A DNA stretch of 64,000 nucleotides from Squalus acanthias. Taxonomy: Eukaryota. Below are positions 61,533-64,000 of the stretch, piece by piece. A model generated the notes under the pieces. The model was given only the letters and a program-made list of their open reading frames with translations, did not search any database and had not been told where the DNA came from. The stretch covers positions 68,202,001 through 68,266,000 of the forward strand of contig CM059438.1 of NCBI GenBank assembly GCA_030390025.1. Reading direction: 5' to 3'. The translations under genes and the position numbers were made by a program. Within the stretch, counting starts at the first letter, position 1. The number at the start of each line of letters is the position of its first letter.

Positions 61533-62097
61533 AATCAGCACTCCTGGCTGGCCTCCCACATTCTACCCTACATAAACTTGAGGTGATCCAAAACTCGGCT
61601 GCCCGTGTCCTAACTCGCACCAAGTCCTGCTCACCCATCACCCCTGTGCTCGCTGACCTACATTGGCTTCTGGTTAAGCAACGCCTCGATTTCAAAATTC
61701 TCATCCTTGTTTTCAAATCCCTCCATGGCCTCGCCCCCTCCCTATCTCTGTAATCTCCTCCAGCCCCACAACACCCCAAGATATCTGCGCTCCTCTAATT
61801 CTGCCCTCTTGAGGATCCCTGATTATAATCGCTCCACCATTGGTGGCCGTGCCTTCTGTTGCCTAGGCCCTAAGCTCTGGAATTCCCTGCCTTAACCTCT
61901 CCGCCTCTCTACCTCTCTTTCCTCCTTTAAGACGCTCCTTAAAACCTACCATTTTGATCAAGCTTTTGGTCACCTGCCCTAATTTCCCCTTATGTGGCTC
62001 AGTGTCAAAATTTTTTGTTGTCTTTTAATACTCCTGTGAAGCACCTTGGGACGTTTCACTATGTTAAAAGCGCTATATAAATACAAGTTGTTGTTGT
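61533..62097 (+). mobile_element. L2 LINE 3' fragment
   Basis: IQNSAARVLT..HITPVLADLHWL-type sequence, YLRSSNSALL..GGRAF...PKLWNSLP; tail GCTATATAAATACAAGTTGTTGTTG. Confidence 0.92.
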
Positions 62098-62331
62098 CCT
62101 TGCCCAATTTTCTTTGAGCAGGGTGTAAAAAGGGCTGCTGATTCTTTATCGCCTGTTTTGTGATGCCACCGAAAACCAATTTCAACCTTTTATCTCTGTG
62201 AGGTGCACCTTTCCTAGTTGTGTTTATCAGTGGTTCTTCATTGCTTGCTGTTGGTAGTAATCTCAGGTGCAGTTGACAGTTCTGTGCATCCTGGGATCCA
62301 GTACAGCCATCATGGAAGGCAGATAAGTTTG

Positions 62332-62719
62332 GAGAGCCACTGAATGTTCTGTGTGTGTGTCATGTTGTTTCTAAAACCTTTTGGAAAAAAATTATTTTTG
62401 TTAATACGAAAATGCTAGAACTGTATGCTTAAGAGTTTAACAGTTAAGTCGGGCAATAAAAAAGCCTTCAAGCTCCAACTTGTTGTTTAGATCCATGTGC
62501 AGGAACCACTCCGAATACTTTATTCTCCCTCCTTCCTTGGTACAGATGATCTGGTCATGATCACATTGCTGTTTGTGGGACCTTGCTGTGCGCAAATTGG
62601 CTGCAGCATTTCCTACATTACAACATTGACTACACTTAAAAAGTACTGAATTGGTTGTGAAGCGCTTTGGGACCTCCTGAGGTTGTGGAAGGTGCTATCG
62701 AAATGCAAGTTCTTTCTTT
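62332..62719 (+). repeat. Dispersed repeat copy 2: unassigned head plus Deu-SINE 3' half
   Basis: Co-linear with 43835-44222. Confidence 0.88.
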
Positions 62720-63544
62720 GAAGCCGATAACTCTCTAGAGGTCTTCGCTGCATTTAAATAGCTTTTGATATATAACTGTAAAGTTTCACAGCGTGAGAAG
62801 TCCAGTCAGGCAATCTTTCATAAACACCAAAGAGAACGTGGTTTGGAGAGGGTTAAGTTAACGTATTTCTGTGTGGGGAAAAAAAGTACAGCGATCATCT
62901 TTTACAATTCCACTTAGTCGGAACGCAAGATGCCTGCCTGTCATCCATCTGCATAATCCTCCATTATTGCAATCATTCGAGTTAGAAGCAGTGAAATGGA
63001 AATCAAGAAATTGTTGTGAAATCATATAAGAAAAAGAATAACAAACCTTCCATAGGAAATAAAAAGACAATTGAATATTTTGATAGTCATAATTTTTGAG
63101 CATTCAGAATTCTTTCTCCTCTGGCAGCCTCGCGAGCTGTTAATGAACAGAACTGGAAGTGTAATGTTCAGGGAGAGAATTATCACCCCTGTGGATTCTT
63201 CAAATCTTTTCCCCATGATTAAGAGCTTTGTTCGGGGCCAGCAGTGTGCCTGATTTGCATGGAGATTGCTAATGGAATCAAGGTGGATGGTTGTCACGGA
63301 GTGCTGGATACCTGACAGATGTTTCACAGTAGATCCCTATGGCTCAGGGATTAGACAAACCACCTGCTTCTTAAAAAAAAAAGGAAAGCTTACAATATCC
63401 TCGGTGGAGCAAAGCAGATGGGCAACATTATAGAAAACTTGCACAGGTGTGCTTATGTGCTACTAATTGGGTTTCACATTCACAATCGATTTCCATCAAA
63501 AAATGTGCAGGAGTCGAATAATACATTTTAAGGGACATTAAGTA

Positions 63545-63965
63545 TTAGCTGTGGCTCAGTTGGTAATCCCACTCCAGCGACTTGAGCACAAAATGTAGGC
63601 TGAAACTCCAGTGCACTGTTGAAGGAATGCTGCACTGTCAGAGGTGCCGTCTTTTGGATGAGACGTTAAACCGAGGCCCCGTCTGCTCTCTCAGATGGAT
63701 GTAATAGATCCCATGGCACTATTTTGAAGAAGAGCAGGGGAGTTATCCCTGGTGTCCTGGCCAATATTTATCCCTCAATCAACATCACTAAAAAACAGAT
63801 TATCTGGTCATGATCACATTGTTGTTTGTGGGAGCTTGCTGTGTGCAGATTGGCTGCCGCGTTTCCTACATTACAACAGTGATTATACTTCAAAAAGTAC
63901 TTCATTGGCAGTAAAGTACTTTGGAACGTCCTGAGGTCGTGAAAATCGCTATATAAATGCAAGCC
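63545..63965 (+). mobile_element. tRNA-derived Deu-domain SINE (head internally deleted)
   Basis: A-box-like TGGCTCAGTTGG, Deu-like core TTTTGGATGAGACGTTAAACCGAGGCCCCGTCTGC, tail GCTATATAAATGCAAG. Confidence 0.82.
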
Positions 63966-64000
63966 CACTATATCTATTACATTACCCTGTCTACCCTTTC

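Overview
Eukaryotic, repeat-dominated DNA with no recognisable host protein-coding exon; it reads as intergenic or deep intronic sequence. The repeat set (CR1 and L2 LINEs, Deu-domain SINEs, Penelope-like elements, two-gene PIF/Harbinger transposons) points to a cartilaginous fish, which is an inference. Nearly every long ORF is a decayed transposon fragment. The left 11 kb holds two Harbinger elements. The second (3470-10929, AGA target duplication) is complete in layout, with convergent HARBI1-like and 3-exon Myb/SANT pseudogenes and a nested CR1, a nested Tigger/pogo element and a 21-bp minisatellite. Several Harbinger-type MITEs/deletion derivatives and many LINE fragments follow. The most interesting signal is a set of minimal type I hammerhead ribozyme motifs in two Penelope-like families (58950-58991 +, 60215-60252 -, 60804-60840 -, plus damaged copies near 36571-36635). 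Also notable: apparent capture of nearby DNA by a MITE, a solo LTR with an empty-site paralog inside the window, a homology-bounded deletion between Harbinger paralogs, and a CRE palindrome retained in five Harbinger-type elements. No CRISPR array, rRNA or intact tRNA is supported. All alignments were made by eye, so boundaries without a target-site duplication (TSD) are approximate.
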